64,000 bases of DNA, taken from positions 416,001 through 480,000 of the forward strand of contig OY781945.1 of assembly GCA_963677435.1 (NCBI GenBank). Direction: 5' to 3'. The notes under the pieces are model-generated. The model had not been told where the DNA came from, made no database searches, and saw nothing but the letters and a program-made list of their open reading frames with translations. The stretch comes from an uncultured Aliarcobacter sp. (GTDB lineage Bacteria > Campylobacterota > Campylobacteria > Campylobacterales > Arcobacteraceae). Position 1 is the stretch's first letter; each line of letters starts with the position of its first letter. This document shows positions 51,674-62,098 of the stretch, piece by piece. The translations under genes and the position numbers were made by a program.

Positions 51674-51969
51674 CTCTTAATGCCTATTTAATACTTTCAA
51701 CAATTTTATTTTGTATTGGTTTAGTTGGTGTAATTAGAAGAAAAAATGTATTGATGTTATTTTTCTCAACAGAGATTATGTTAAATGCTGTAAATGTAGG
51801 TTTTGCTGCTGTTTCAAAATTTCATGGAGATTTAACAGGTCAAATGTTTGCATTTTTTATTATTGCAGTTGCAGCTAGTGAAGTAGCAATTGGACTTGGG
51901 CTATTGATTTTATGGTACAAAAGAACAGGTTCTATTAACTTAGATGATATTGCAGGGATGAAAGGGTAA
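51670..51969 (+). CDS. nuoK: NADH-quinone oxidoreductase subunit K
   Basis: RRKN, EIMLN, AASEVAIGL. Confidence 0.96.
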   Translation: MTLNAYLILSTILFCIGLVGVIRRKNVLMLFFSTEIMLNAVNVGFAAVSKFHGDLTGQMFAFFIIAVAASEVAIGLGLLILWYKRTGSINLDDIAGMKG

Positions 51970-51971
51970 TT

Positions 51972-53831
51972 ATGGAGAAATATATATACATTGCACTTTT
52001 TGCTCCACTTGTAGGTTCTTTAGTAGCAGCTCTTTTTTCTATGCAAGCTAAAACTGCTTTTACAGGATGGTTCACATCTTTTATGTTAGCCGTTTCTATG
52101 TACGCATCTTTATATCTATTACATTTTGTTTATACAACAGATACAACTTTACATGTAAATTTATTTGATTGGATAGTAATTGGAAATTTAGATATTCCTT
52201 TTGGTTTTGTAGTTGATCAAGTAAGTGTAGTAATGATGAGTGTTGTAACTGTTGTTTCAACTATGGTGCATATTCACTCAATTGGTTATATGGAACACGA
52301 TAAAGGTTTTAATAGATATTTTTCTTATCTTTCAGCTTTCGTATTTTCAATGCTAGTTCTTGTAATGTCTGATAACTTTGCTGTTTTATTTATAGGATGG
52401 GAAGGTGTTGGGGTTTGTTCTTGGTTGTTAATTGGTTTTTGGTATCACAAAGAATCAGCAACTTGGGCTGCAAACGAAGCCTTTATTATGAATAGAATAG
52501 GGGATTTAGGACTTTTAATTGGAATGTTCTTAATTTATTGGAATATTGGAAGTTTACAATATGATATTGTATTTGCCAAAGTTTCAACTTTAGAAAATAG
52601 TACTTTAGTTTGGATTGGTGCTTTATTGTTTTTAGGAGCAATGGGAAAATCAGCACAATTTCCTCTTCATACATGGTTAGCCGATGCAATGGAAGGACCA
52701 ACTCCTGTTTCAGCACTAATTCACGCAGCAACTATGGTAACAGCTGGGGTTTATTTAGTTGTACGATCAAATGAACTTTATGCTTTAATTCCAGAAGTTG
52801 GATATGCAATAGCAGCACTTGGAGCTTTTGTGGCAATTTTTGCAGCTTCTATGGCTTTAGTAAATAATGATATGAAAAGAATTATTGCTTATTCTACGCT
52901 GTCACAATTAGGATATATGTTCGTAGCAGCTGGTCTTGGAGCTTATTGGGTAGCTTTATTTCACTTAGCAGCTCACGCTTTCTTTAAATCAGTATTATTC
53001 TTAGGTGCGGGAAATGTTATGCATGCTATGGATGATGAATTAGATATTAGAAAAATGGGTGGACTTCATAATAAAATGAAAGCAACTTCAATTATTATGA
53101 CACTTGCTTCTTTAGCACTTGCTGGTATTTTCCCACTTGCTGGATTCTTCTCAAAAGATAAAATTCTTGAAGTTGCATTTAATGCAAATGCGATGGTTTT
53201 ATGGGCAGTTTTATGGATAACTGCTGGTTTAACTGCATTTTATTCATTTAGACTTGTAATGAAAATTTTCTTTGGAGAACAAAATTATTCAAATGAAGAA
53301 CATCATCCACATGAAGCTAAAAACTTTGTAATAGCTGCAATGATTCCCCTTGCAATATTAGCAGTAATTGCTGGTTGGTTTGAACACTCATTTGTAGAGT
53401 TTGTAACAAAAGTTTTACCAACTTGGGAAGCTGAACATATTAATCATTCAACTTCTTGGATATTAATATTAGTGACAAGTGCAGTAGCTTTTGGTGGAAT
53501 TTTTATTGCAGTATTTAAATACAAAAATGGTGGATTTAGTAAATCTTGGGAAGATACAGCAATTTATAAATTGTTAATTAACCAATATTTTGTTCCACAA
53601 TTTTTCAAAAACTTTATCTCAATTCCATATTATAAACTTTCAGTTTGGACATGGAAAATAATAGAAATAAAACTAATAGATGCATCAATTGATGGTTTAG
53701 CTCATTTTGTTAATAAACTAGGAGTGAAAGCAAGACCTATTCAATCTGGTAATTTATCATCATCTTTAAGACTAATGGTTTTAGGATTAATCACAGGATT
53801 AATCTTTACTTTAGTTTTATCAGTACTTTAA
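51972..53831 (+). CDS. nuoL: NADH-quinone oxidoreductase subunit L
   Basis: GWEGVG, GKSAQFPLHTWLADAMEGPTPVSALIHAATMV, HAFFK. Confidence 0.97.
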   Translation: MEKYIYIALFAPLVGSLVAALFSMQAKTAFTGWFTSFMLAVSMYASLYLLHFVYTTDTTLHVNLFDWIVIGNLDIPFGFVVDQVSVVMMSVVTVVSTMVHIHSIGYMEHDKGFNRYFSYLSAFVFSMLVLVMSDNFAVLFIGWEGVGVCSWLLIGFWYHKESATWAANEAFIMNRIGDLGLLIGMFLIYWNIGSLQYDIVFAKVSTLENSTLVWIGALLFLGAMGKSAQFPLHTWLADAMEGPTPVSALIHAATMVTAGVYLVVRSNELYALIPEVGYAIAALGAFVAIFAASMALVNNDMKRIIAYSTLSQLGYMFVAAGLGAYWVALFHLAAHAFFKSVLFLGAGNVMHAMDDELDIRKMGGLHNKMKATSIIMTLASLALAGIFPLAGFFSKDKILEVAFNANAMVLWAVLWITAGLTAFYSFRLVMKIFFGEQNYSNEEHHPHEAKNFVIAAMIPLAILAVIAGWFEHSFVEFVTKVLPTWEAEHINHSTSWILILVTSAVAFGGIFIAVFKYKNGGFSKSWEDTAIYKLLINQYFVPQFFKNFISIPYYKLSVWTWKIIEIKLIDASIDGLAHFVNKLGVKARPIQSGNLSSSLRLMVLGLITGLIFTLVLSVL

Positions 53832-53843
53832 GGGGTTATGTAA

Positions 53844-55370
53844 ATGGAAAATATTTTATCTATGTTGATATTCTTTCCAGCAGCAGCTGCGATTGTTGGG
53901 TTTTTAATTGATAAAAATTCTATGAGACAATTTGGAGTTGTTGTTACTGTTGTTGAATTTGTATTGTCACTTCTACTTTGGTATTACTTTGATACGAATG
54001 AAGCTGGAATGCAATTTGTACAAAACTTACCTTTAATAAGTGCATATGGAATTAATTATTTAATTGGTGTTGATGGAGTAAGTCTATTTTTAATTGTTAT
54101 GATTACTTTTATGACAATGATTGCTTTGATTGGATTAACTGAGAAAAAAGATGTAAAAAATTTAATCATTACTATGTTATTTTTAGAAATGACAATGGTA
54201 GGAGTTTTTGTTTCTTTAGATGTTATTTTATTTTACATATTTTGGGAATTAACACTTATTCCAATGTTTTATGTTATTGGATTTTGGGGAGCAGAAAAAA
54301 GATTTTATGCGGCAATTAAATTCTTCCTATATACTTTTACAGGTTCGTTAGTAATGCTTATAGGGATTCTATATTTTGGATATGTGTTTCATGAAGCAAC
54401 AGGAGTTTGGAGCTTTAGTTTAATGGAATGGAATAGTATAGATCTTCCTTTTGATTTACAACTTTGGCTATTTATTGCATTCTTCTTTGGATTTGCAGTA
54501 AAAGTTCCAATGTTTCCATTTCACACTTGGCTTCCATTAGCCCATGGACAAGCTCCAACTATTGGGTCTATTATGTTAGCAGCTGTTTTACTAAAAATGG
54601 AAACTTATGGATTTATTAGATTTTCACTTCCTTTATTTCCAGATGCAAGTGTTTATTTTGTTGGATTCATGGCAACATTAGGACTTATTGCTATCATATA
54701 TACAGCAATGTTAGCTTATGCACAAGAAGATATGAAACAGATGATTGCATACTCATCAATTTCACATATGGGTGTTATTACTTTAGGGTTATTTGCATTA
54801 AATGTTGAGGGAATTTCTGGTGCTGTTTATTTAATGATTGGACATGGTGTTGTATCTGGTGCATTGTTTATGAGTGTAGGAGTTTTATACGATAGAAGAA
54901 AAACTAAGATGATAAAAGAGTTTGGTGGATTAGCTAATAATATGCCAATATTCGCTCTTGTATATGCTGTAGTTTTAATGGCGTCAATTGGTTTACCTTT
55001 AACTGTTGGATTTATTGGAGAGTTTTTATCACTTTTAGGATTCTTTAAATATTCACCGATTCTTACATTTATCGGAGCATTAACAATTGTATTAAGTGCA
55101 GTTTATATGTTAGCAATGTATAAAAGAACATTCTTTGGAAAATTAAAAAAACCAGAAAATAAAATTTTAAAAGATATTTATGGAAGAGAGTTAGTAGCTC
55201 TTGGTTCTTTAGTAGTTTTAATTATAGCATTAGGAATCTATCCAAAAGTTATATTAGATCCATTGAATGCATCAGTTACTCACCTTACACAAGTTATGGA
55301 ATCTAAAGCTGTTAATGAAAGTACAAAAGATAAACTTAGAGCCTTAAACTCTACAGGGGAGGTTAAATAA
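53844..55370 (+). CDS. nuoM: NADH-quinone oxidoreductase subunit M
   Basis: FYIFWE, AVKVPMFPFHTWLP.AH, AYSSISHMG, GFIGEF. Confidence 0.96.
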   Translation: MENILSMLIFFPAAAAIVGFLIDKNSMRQFGVVVTVVEFVLSLLLWYYFDTNEAGMQFVQNLPLISAYGINYLIGVDGVSLFLIVMITFMTMIALIGLTEKKDVKNLIITMLFLEMTMVGVFVSLDVILFYIFWELTLIPMFYVIGFWGAEKRFYAAIKFFLYTFTGSLVMLIGILYFGYVFHEATGVWSFSLMEWNSIDLPFDLQLWLFIAFFFGFAVKVPMFPFHTWLPLAHGQAPTIGSIMLAAVLLKMETYGFIRFSLPLFPDASVYFVGFMATLGLIAIIYTAMLAYAQEDMKQMIAYSSISHMGVITLGLFALNVEGISGAVYLMIGHGVVSGALFMSVGVLYDRRKTKMIKEFGGLANNMPIFALVYAVVLMASIGLPLTVGFIGEFLSLLGFFKYSPILTFIGALTIVLSAVYMLAMYKRTFFGKLKKPENKILKDIYGRELVALGSLVVLIIALGIYPKVILDPLNASVTHLTQVMESKAVNESTKDKLRALNSTGEVK

Positions 55371-56872
55371 TGCTTGAGCCTATAAAAATAACTCTAGAAA
55401 GTCTAAATCTAGGAACTATTGCACCTGTATCTATAGCAATTATTGGTGCTTTGAGTATTTTATTAACTGATATTTTTAATAAAAATAAACATAAATCTCT
55501 TTATGTGATTTTAGTTGTATTATTTCTAATCTTTGATTTATTTACTCTTTTAGCTTATCATGGTGATCAAAGAGGTATGTTTGACTTAATGTTATTAGAT
55601 GGAATTGCAGTTTTATCTCAATGTATAATAATAATTGGTTCAATATTTTTTGTATTTTTAGGATTATCAAAATTAAGACTTCAAGAATTTAGACATGCTG
55701 AGTATTTTGCATTGTATTTATTTACAGTTGCTGGATTCCAATTTATGGTAAGTTCTGATTCTTTAATTATGATATTTGTGGGACTTGAAACATCATCACT
55801 TGCTTTGTATACAATGATTGCTATGCACAATAGAATGGTATCAATTGAAGCTGCGGTTAAATACTTTACAATGGGTGCCTTAGCAGCTGCATTTTTTGTA
55901 TTTGCAGCTATGATATTTTATGCAATAACTGGAACAGTTGAATTATCTCAAATGGCAGAAGTATTAACTCAAGATGGTTTTTTATCACATGAAAATTATG
56001 CTAATTATGTTTTAGTATTAGTTGGGTTTGTATTTATGTTTGCAGCTATTGGATTTAAATTATCACTTTTCCCCTATCATATTTGGGTTCCAGATGTTTA
56101 TCAAGGTTCAACTTCTGCAATGGCAGGTTTTTTATCTGTAATTCCAAAAATGGCGGGTTTTGTAGTAGCATTGAGATTTTTTGAAATATTTATTCATGCA
56201 AATGATATTATCATTCAAACAATGCTTTATGTAACAGTTATTTTAACAATGACAATTCCAAATTTAATTGCCTTACAGCAAAAAGATATTAAAAGAATGC
56301 TTGCTTATTCATCTATTTCAAATGCTGGAATGGCAATGGCAGCAATTGCTATTGGAACACAACAAGCAACAAATGCCTTATTTTTGTATTGGATTTTATT
56401 TACAATTACAAACTTTGGTGCATTTGGTATGTTATGGCTTAATAGAGGAAAAGAATTTAAAGATTATGAGTCTCCATATACATTTAAAAAGTTTTCGGGA
56501 CTTGCTCAAATATCTCCATTTACAGCTTCAATATTAGGAATGTTTTTATTTGCATTAACGGGACTTCCTCCTTTTGCACTATTTTGGGGTAAAATGTATT
56601 TAATTGCAAGTGCTGTAAATGCAGGTCATATTGCACTAGCAATTATAATTATTTTAAACTCAGTTATTTCTGCTTATTACTATTTAAGACCAGTTTCATA
56701 TATGTTCTTAAGAGATCCAGAAAAAGGTGCTAATACAAAATTTATGCAAAATGCAACAACACCTATGAAATCTGTAGTTGGTTTTGTAGTATTTTTAACA
56801 ATTATTTCTATTTTATTAGTAGATCCACTTTTAAATATTATTTCAACTTATGTGGCAAGTTCAGGTTTTTAG
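55370..56872 (+). CDS. nuoN: NADH-quinone oxidoreductase subunit N
   Basis: GLET, EAAVKYF, FKLSLFPYHIWVPDVYQG, KRMLAYSSI. Confidence 0.96.
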   Translation: MLEPIKITLESLNLGTIAPVSIAIIGALSILLTDIFNKNKHKSLYVILVVLFLIFDLFTLLAYHGDQRGMFDLMLLDGIAVLSQCIIIIGSIFFVFLGLSKLRLQEFRHAEYFALYLFTVAGFQFMVSSDSLIMIFVGLETSSLALYTMIAMHNRMVSIEAAVKYFTMGALAAAFFVFAAMIFYAITGTVELSQMAEVLTQDGFLSHENYANYVLVLVGFVFMFAAIGFKLSLFPYHIWVPDVYQGSTSAMAGFLSVIPKMAGFVVALRFFEIFIHANDIIIQTMLYVTVILTMTIPNLIALQQKDIKRMLAYSSISNAGMAMAAIAIGTQQATNALFLYWILFTITNFGAFGMLWLNRGKEFKDYESPYTFKKFSGLAQISPFTASILGMFLFALTGLPPFALFWGKMYLIASAVNAGHIALAIIIILNSVISAYYYLRPVSYMFLRDPEKGANTKFMQNATTPMKSVVGFVVFLTIISILLVDPLLNIISTYVASSGF

Positions 56873-56881
56873 TATTTCAAG

Positions 56882-56914
56882 ATTCTAATCATTTATAAAA
56901 AATGATTAGAATTT
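56882..56914 (+). terminator. nuo operon terminator
   Basis: 13-bp perfect IR ATTCTAATCATTT-ATAAA-AAATGATTAGAAT then TTATT. Confidence 0.75.
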
Positions 56915-56930
56915 ATTGTAAAATAAAAAC

Positions 56931-57419
56931 ATGAAAAAAATTATTACACTATTCTGCCTATTTTTTACTTTTGCTTTTTCAAACTCTTTGGGTTTAACTA
57001 ATACAGATATTATAATTTTAAAAAAAATCAAATCCTTAACCGATGATAATTATATGAAATATACTTTAATGGCAATTGCAATTAAAGAATCATCAGTTGG
57101 TAAAAAATTAATTAATCCAATAAGTAATGATTATGGACTTTTTCAATCAAATATAAAAAGTGTAATAAGAAGACAAAAAGTTCCAGATACTATGTTTAAT
57201 AGAGAATATTTTGCAAAGAAACTTGTTTATGATGTGGGCTTTTCAACTGCAAATGCAATTGTAGAAATAGACTTTTGGAGAAAAGTTCACAAAGATAATT
57301 GGATAAAAATTTGGGCAAGTTATAATGCTGGATGGAAATATAAAAGCGATACAGGTTTAGAATATGCAACATCTGTATTTGATATAATTAAAAAACTAAA
57401 ATTTGAATATGATTTATAA
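56931..57419 (+). CDS. Secreted lytic transglycosylase (SLT-like) protein
   Basis: Signal peptide; AIAIKESS, YGLFQ, ASYNAG motifs I-III. Confidence 0.8.
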   Translation: MKKIITLFCLFFTFAFSNSLGLTNTDIIILKKIKSLTDDNYMKYTLMAIAIKESSVGKKLINPISNDYGLFQSNIKSVIRRQKVPDTMFNREYFAKKLVYDVGFSTANAIVEIDFWRKVHKDNWIKIWASYNAGWKYKSDTGLEYATSVFDIIKKLKFEYDL

Positions 57420-57494
57420 AATAATTCATACTATAACCAAAAGATAAACCATAACTTGTTACAATCCCCAAAGAAAAAAATCAAGGATAAGAAA

Positions 57495-58358
57495 TTGAAA
57501 ACTATAAGTGTAGCTCATTCACCAGATGCTGATGATATTTTTATGTATTATGCTATTAAATTTGGTTGGGTTACTCCAAAAGATGCCAAGTTTGAAAATA
57601 TTGCAGATGATATTGAAAGTTTAAATCAAGCAACATTAAAAGGTCAATATGACATTTGTGCAATTTCATTTGCCTTGTATCCTTTTATAAAAGATGATTA
57701 TGCTTTATTAAAAACAGCTGTTTCTTTTGGTGAAGGATATGGACCAAAACTTATAAAGAAAAAAGGTGTAAAACTAAAGAGAAACTTTAAAGTAGCTCTT
57801 AGTGGAGAGTTTACAACTAATGCACTTTTATTTAGAATTGCTTATCCAGATGCAAGAATTACATATTTGAACTTTTTAGAAATAGAAGAGGCTGTTTTAA
57901 GTGGAACAGTGGATGCTGGAGTTTTAATTCATGAATCAATTCTAACTTATAACAATGAATTAGAAGTAGAGCGTGAGATGTGGGATATTTGGGTTGAACT
58001 TAGTGGCGGAAATTTACCATTGCCACTTGGTGGAATGTGTTTAAGAAGATCAATTCCACTTCATAGTGCCATTGATTATGAAAATACTTTAATAAAAGCA
58101 GTTGAAGTTGCAAATAAAAATAGAAAAGTTTTAGCTCCTATGTTATTAGAAAAAGGTTTAATTAGAGTTGATGCCCCAACTTTAGATAAATATTTAGATT
58201 TATATGCAAATGATAATTCCGTGAAAATGAGTGATTTACAATATAAAGCTTTAGATAAATTGTATGAATTAGGATATAAAAATGGTTTTTATGAAAATTT
58301 AATAAAAGCAAAAGATTTTTTAATTCCAAATGAATATGAAGAGTTAAGAGCAAAATAG
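57495..58358 (+). CDS. mqnD: Futalosine-pathway menaquinone biosynthesis protein MqnD
   Basis: ISVAHSPDADD, SFGEGYGP, GVLIHE, LPLPLGG; TTG at 57495 with AAGGA SD. Confidence 0.85.
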   Translation: MKTISVAHSPDADDIFMYYAIKFGWVTPKDAKFENIADDIESLNQATLKGQYDICAISFALYPFIKDDYALLKTAVSFGEGYGPKLIKKKGVKLKRNFKVALSGEFTTNALLFRIAYPDARITYLNFLEIEEAVLSGTVDAGVLIHESILTYNNELEVEREMWDIWVELSGGNLPLPLGGMCLRRSIPLHSAIDYENTLIKAVEVANKNRKVLAPMLLEKGLIRVDAPTLDKYLDLYANDNSVKMSDLQYKALDKLYELGYKNGFYENLIKAKDFLIPNEYEELRAK

Positions 58359-58361
58359 TAT

Positions 58362-59147
58362 ATGCAAAATAGTATAAGAACAATTGATTTTAAAAGATAC
58401 ACTTCAATAAAAATAGGACCTATTTTAGATGTTTTAGAAATAAATGAAATAGGTGACTATAGTGAATATCAAATTATTGGAAGAGCCAATAATCTTTTAA
58501 TTTCTCCAAATATAAATAAAAATTTTGCAATTTTAGGTGAAGCCTTTGATTATATTAAGCAAGAAGGAAATCTTCTTTATGTAGGATGTTCAACAACATC
58601 AGGTAAACTTTTAACTTATACAAGAAAAAATAATATTGCAAATTTAGAATTTTTGGCAAAACTTCCTGGAAATTTAGGTGGTTTGGTAAAAATGAATGCA
58701 GGACTTAAATCTTGGGAAATGTTTAATTATATTCATAGCATAAAAACTAAAGATGGATATGTTAAAAAAGAAGATATAGAATATTCATATAGAGAAACTA
58801 AACTTGATACGATTGTTTATGAAGTGGTTTTTAATGTTGAGTATGGTTTTAGTAAAGATATGTTAAAAGAGTTTAATAAAATGAGGGATAATCAACCCCA
58901 TGTGCCAAGTGCTGGAAGTTGTTTTAAAAACCCAAAAGGTGATTTTGCAGGAAGATTAATTCAAGAAGTTGGATTAAAAGGTCAAAGGCGAGGTGATATG
59001 AGTTTTTCAGAAGAACATGCAAATTTTTTAGTAAATTATGGTGATGGAACTTTTGAAGATGCGATATATTTGATAGAAGTAGCAAAGAAAAAAATAAAAG
59101 AGCAGTTTAATATAGATATAGAAGAAGAGATTATAATTTACAAGTAA
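58362..59147 (+). CDS. murB: UDP-N-acetylenolpyruvoylglucosamine reductase
   Basis: NNLL, PGNLGG..MNAG, YR, QP..PSAGSCFKNP, HANFLVN. Confidence 0.96.
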   Translation: MQNSIRTIDFKRYTSIKIGPILDVLEINEIGDYSEYQIIGRANNLLISPNINKNFAILGEAFDYIKQEGNLLYVGCSTTSGKLLTYTRKNNIANLEFLAKLPGNLGGLVKMNAGLKSWEMFNYIHSIKTKDGYVKKEDIEYSYRETKLDTIVYEVVFNVEYGFSKDMLKEFNKMRDNQPHVPSAGSCFKNPKGDFAGRLIQEVGLKGQRRGDMSFSEEHANFLVNYGDGTFEDAIYLIEVAKKKIKEQFNIDIEEEIIIYK

Positions 59148-59201
59148 AATTAATGTATTTATGTTAGAATGCAAACTTTAAAAATAATGTAAGGTTTTTT
59201 A

Positions 59202-61583
59202 GTGAAGAATTTAGTAATAGTGGAGTCCCCAGCAAAAGCGAAAACAATATCGAAATTTTTAGGTAGTGATTACACAGTAATGGCCTCAATGGGGCATGTA
59301 AGAGACCTACCAAAATCTCAATTAGGGTTTGATCCAGATGATAACTTTAAACCAAAATATTTAGTATCAACAGATAAGAAAAAAGTAATAAGCGATTTAA
59401 AAAAACATATTAATAAAGATACAACCATCTACCTAGCGGCCGATGAGGATAGGGAAGGGGAAGCTATTGCTTGGCACTTAATTCCTGCATTAAAAATCGA
59501 AAAAAATCCTATTAAAAGAATTGTATTTCATGAAATTACAAAAGATGCAATTTTAGAAGCTTTAGCACATCCAAGAGATGTTGATCAAAATTTAGTTGAT
59601 GCTCAACAAGCAAGAAGAATTTTAGATAGAGCAGTAGGATATGAACTTTCACCCCTTTTATGGAAAAAAGTAAGATATGGACTAAGTGCAGGAAGAGTTC
59701 AATCAGTTGCAGTTAGAATCATAGTTGATAGAGAAAATGAAATAAGAGCTTTTATTCCAGAAGAGTATTGGAGAGTAAAAGCAGATTTTATAAATCCAGA
59801 ATTAAAAGCTGAGTTAGCAAAGATTAATGGTAAAACTTCAAAAGTTGAAAATGAAGAACAAGCATTAAAAATTGAAGACTCTTTAAATCAAGGTATTTAT
59901 AAACTAACTGATATTGAAGAAAAAGATAGCACAAGAAATCCAGCTGCTCCATTTACAACTTCAACACTTCAACAAGAAGCAAGTAGAAAACTTGGACTTT
60001 CAGTTAAACAAACTATGATTGTTGCTCAACAACTTTATGAAGGGAATGTAGGTAATATTCCAGGTCACACAGGCGGTTTAATTACTTATATGAGAACTGA
60101 CTCATTAAACCTTTCAACGGTTGCTACAACTGCTGCAAAAGCTGTTATTGATGAAGTGTATGGGAAAGAGTATTCCCTAGCAAAACCAAGAGTTTATAAA
60201 TCAAAAGCAAAAGGTGCTCAAGAAGCCCATGAAGCAATAAGACCTGTAAATTTAGCGTTAAGACCAAGTATGATTAAAGCTCATGTTGAAAATATTCAAT
60301 ATAAACTTTATAGTTTAATTTGGAAAAGAACATTAGCCACTCAAATGGCACAAGCAAAAATCGCAAATACAACTTATAAAATTGAAGCTGGACTTAATAA
60401 AGAGTTTGAATTTCAAGTAAAAGGTCAAAGAATTATTTTTGCTGGATTTATGAAAGCTTATACAGAAGGTAGTGATAATCCAGAATCTGCACTTGATAGT
60501 ACAGAAAAGATTTTACCAAATATAGATGTAGGAACAATTTTAGAGTTAGAAAATCTTGAATGTGAACAAAATTTTACAAAACCGCCAGCAAGATATACAG
60601 AAGCATCACTTGTAAAAAAACTTGAAAGTGAAGGAATTGGAAGACCATCAACTTATGCTCCAACAATTTCAACTATTCAAGCAAGGGAATATGTGATAAA
60701 AACAGAAGATAAAAAATTAATGCCAACACCAACAGGTGAAGTTGTAAATAGTTTTTTAGTTGATCATTTCTCATATATTGTTGATTTAGGTTTTACTGCA
60801 AAAATTGAAGAAGAATTTGATGATATAGCCGAGGGAAAAATTACTTGGGAACAAGTGATGAAAGATTTTTATGGTAGCTTCAAAAAAACTATTGATGAAA
60901 AAGAGACAAGTGTAAATAAAGAAGATTATTTACAAGTTAGAGAAATTGGAACTGATCCAAAATCTGGAAAACCAGTTAGTGCGCGTGTGGGAAGATTTGG
61001 ACCATTTATTCAAATTGGAACAAAAGATGATGAAGAAAAACCAAAATTTGTAGCAATTCCTGATCATTTAAATATGGATACAATTACATTTGATGAAGCA
61101 ATGTTTTTATTCACTCTTCCAAGAGTTGTAGGTCTTGATGCAAATGGTGATGAAATTAAAGCAAATATTGGAAGATTTGGCCCATATTTACAAGTAAAAA
61201 CAAAATACTATTCATTAAAAACGGATGACCCTTATACTGTTGATTTAAATAGATCATTAGAAATCATAAAAGATTTAGATGAAGCAAAAGAGAAATCTAC
61301 AATTAAATCATTTGATAAAGAAAAAATACAAGTTTTAATAGGGCAATATGGGCCATATATAAAACAAGGTAGAAAAAACTTTAAAATCCCAAAAGGAACA
61401 GAAGCAAATGATTTAACTTTAGAGCAATGTTTAGAAATAATTGCAAAAGATTCAAAATCTTCTAAAACAACAAAAACAGTAGCAACTAAAACAACAACAA
61501 AAAAAGAGCCAGTTGCTAAGAAAACAACAACTAAAAAGACAACGGCTAAAAAAACAACAGCAAAAAAGAGTGCTACTAAATAA
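59202..61583 (+). CDS. topA: DNA topoisomerase I
   Basis: LVIVESPAKAKTI, DEDREGE, SAGRVQS, ITYMRTDS, GIGRPSTY; C-terminal GRFGP repeats and Lys-rich tail. Confidence 0.98.
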   Translation: MKNLVIVESPAKAKTISKFLGSDYTVMASMGHVRDLPKSQLGFDPDDNFKPKYLVSTDKKKVISDLKKHINKDTTIYLAADEDREGEAIAWHLIPALKIEKNPIKRIVFHEITKDAILEALAHPRDVDQNLVDAQQARRILDRAVGYELSPLLWKKVRYGLSAGRVQSVAVRIIVDRENEIRAFIPEEYWRVKADFINPELKAELAKINGKTSKVENEEQALKIEDSLNQGIYKLTDIEEKDSTRNPAAPFTTSTLQQEASRKLGLSVKQTMIVAQQLYEGNVGNIPGHTGGLITYMRTDSLNLSTVATTAAKAVIDEVYGKEYSLAKPRVYKSKAKGAQEAHEAIRPVNLALRPSMIKAHVENIQYKLYSLIWKRTLATQMAQAKIANTTYKIEAGLNKEFEFQVKGQRIIFAGFMKAYTEGSDNPESALDSTEKILPNIDVGTILELENLECEQNFTKPPARYTEASLVKKLESEGIGRPSTYAPTISTIQAREYVIKTEDKKLMPTPTGEVVNSFLVDHFSYIVDLGFTAKIEEEFDDIAEGKITWEQVMKDFYGSFKKTIDEKETSVNKEDYLQVREIGTDPKSGKPVSARVGRFGPFIQIGTKDDEEKPKFVAIPDHLNMDTITFDEAMFLFTLPRVVGLDANGDEIKANIGRFGPYLQVKTKYYSLKTDDPYTVDLNRSLEIIKDLDEAKEKSTIKSFDKEKIQVLIGQYGPYIKQGRKNFKIPKGTEANDLTLEQCLEIIAKDSKSSKTTKTVATKTTTKKEPVAKKTTTKKTTAKKTTAKKSATK
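61518..61580 (+). repeat. Degenerate 15-bp coding repeats (KKTTx)
   Basis: AAGAAAACAACAACT / AAAAAGACAACGGCT / AAAAAAACAACAGCA / AAAAAGAGTGCTACT. Confidence 0.7.
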
Positions 61584-61585
61584 GT

Positions 61586-62098
61586 ATGAAAATTGGAATA
61601 TTATCTGATAGTCACCTAAAAAGTGACTATACTAAAGATGTTATTGATTTTTTAAAACAGATTGATAGTGAGTATTTGGTTCATGCTGGTGATTTGTGTA
61701 TAGAGAAGAATCTTCAATTATTAGAAGAGTCAGGATTAAAATATATTGCTGTTTTTGGCAATAATGATAGAAATTTACTTAATTTATCTTTTAAATATAA
61801 TATAAAACAAGAGCCGTATTATTTTAAAATTAAAGATACAACATTTAAATTAATGCACTTGCCTTATTACTTAACTCCAGATAGCCAAATAGTGATTTTT
61901 GGGCATACTCATATCTTTGAGTGTGAGTACAAAAACAAAACACTTTTTATAAATCCAGGGGAAGTTTGTGCAAGGGAAAAACCTTTTATTGAGTGCTTAC
62001 AACTAGAGGTTAAAGAAAAAGAGTATATAATCTCGCGTTATTTTAAAAATATTAATGAAATAAATTTTACGAAAGAAGAGTATAAATATGAACGATAA
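61586..62098 (+). CDS. YfcE/MJ0936-family metallophosphodiesterase
   Basis: SDSH, HAGD, GNND, GHTH, INPG. Confidence 0.9.
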   Translation: MKIGILSDSHLKSDYTKDVIDFLKQIDSEYLVHAGDLCIEKNLQLLEESGLKYIAVFGNNDRNLLNLSFKYNIKQEPYYFKIKDTTFKLMHLPYYLTPDSQIVIFGHTHIFECEYKNKTLFINPGEVCAREKPFIECLQLEVKEKEYIISRYFKNINEINFTKEEYKYER

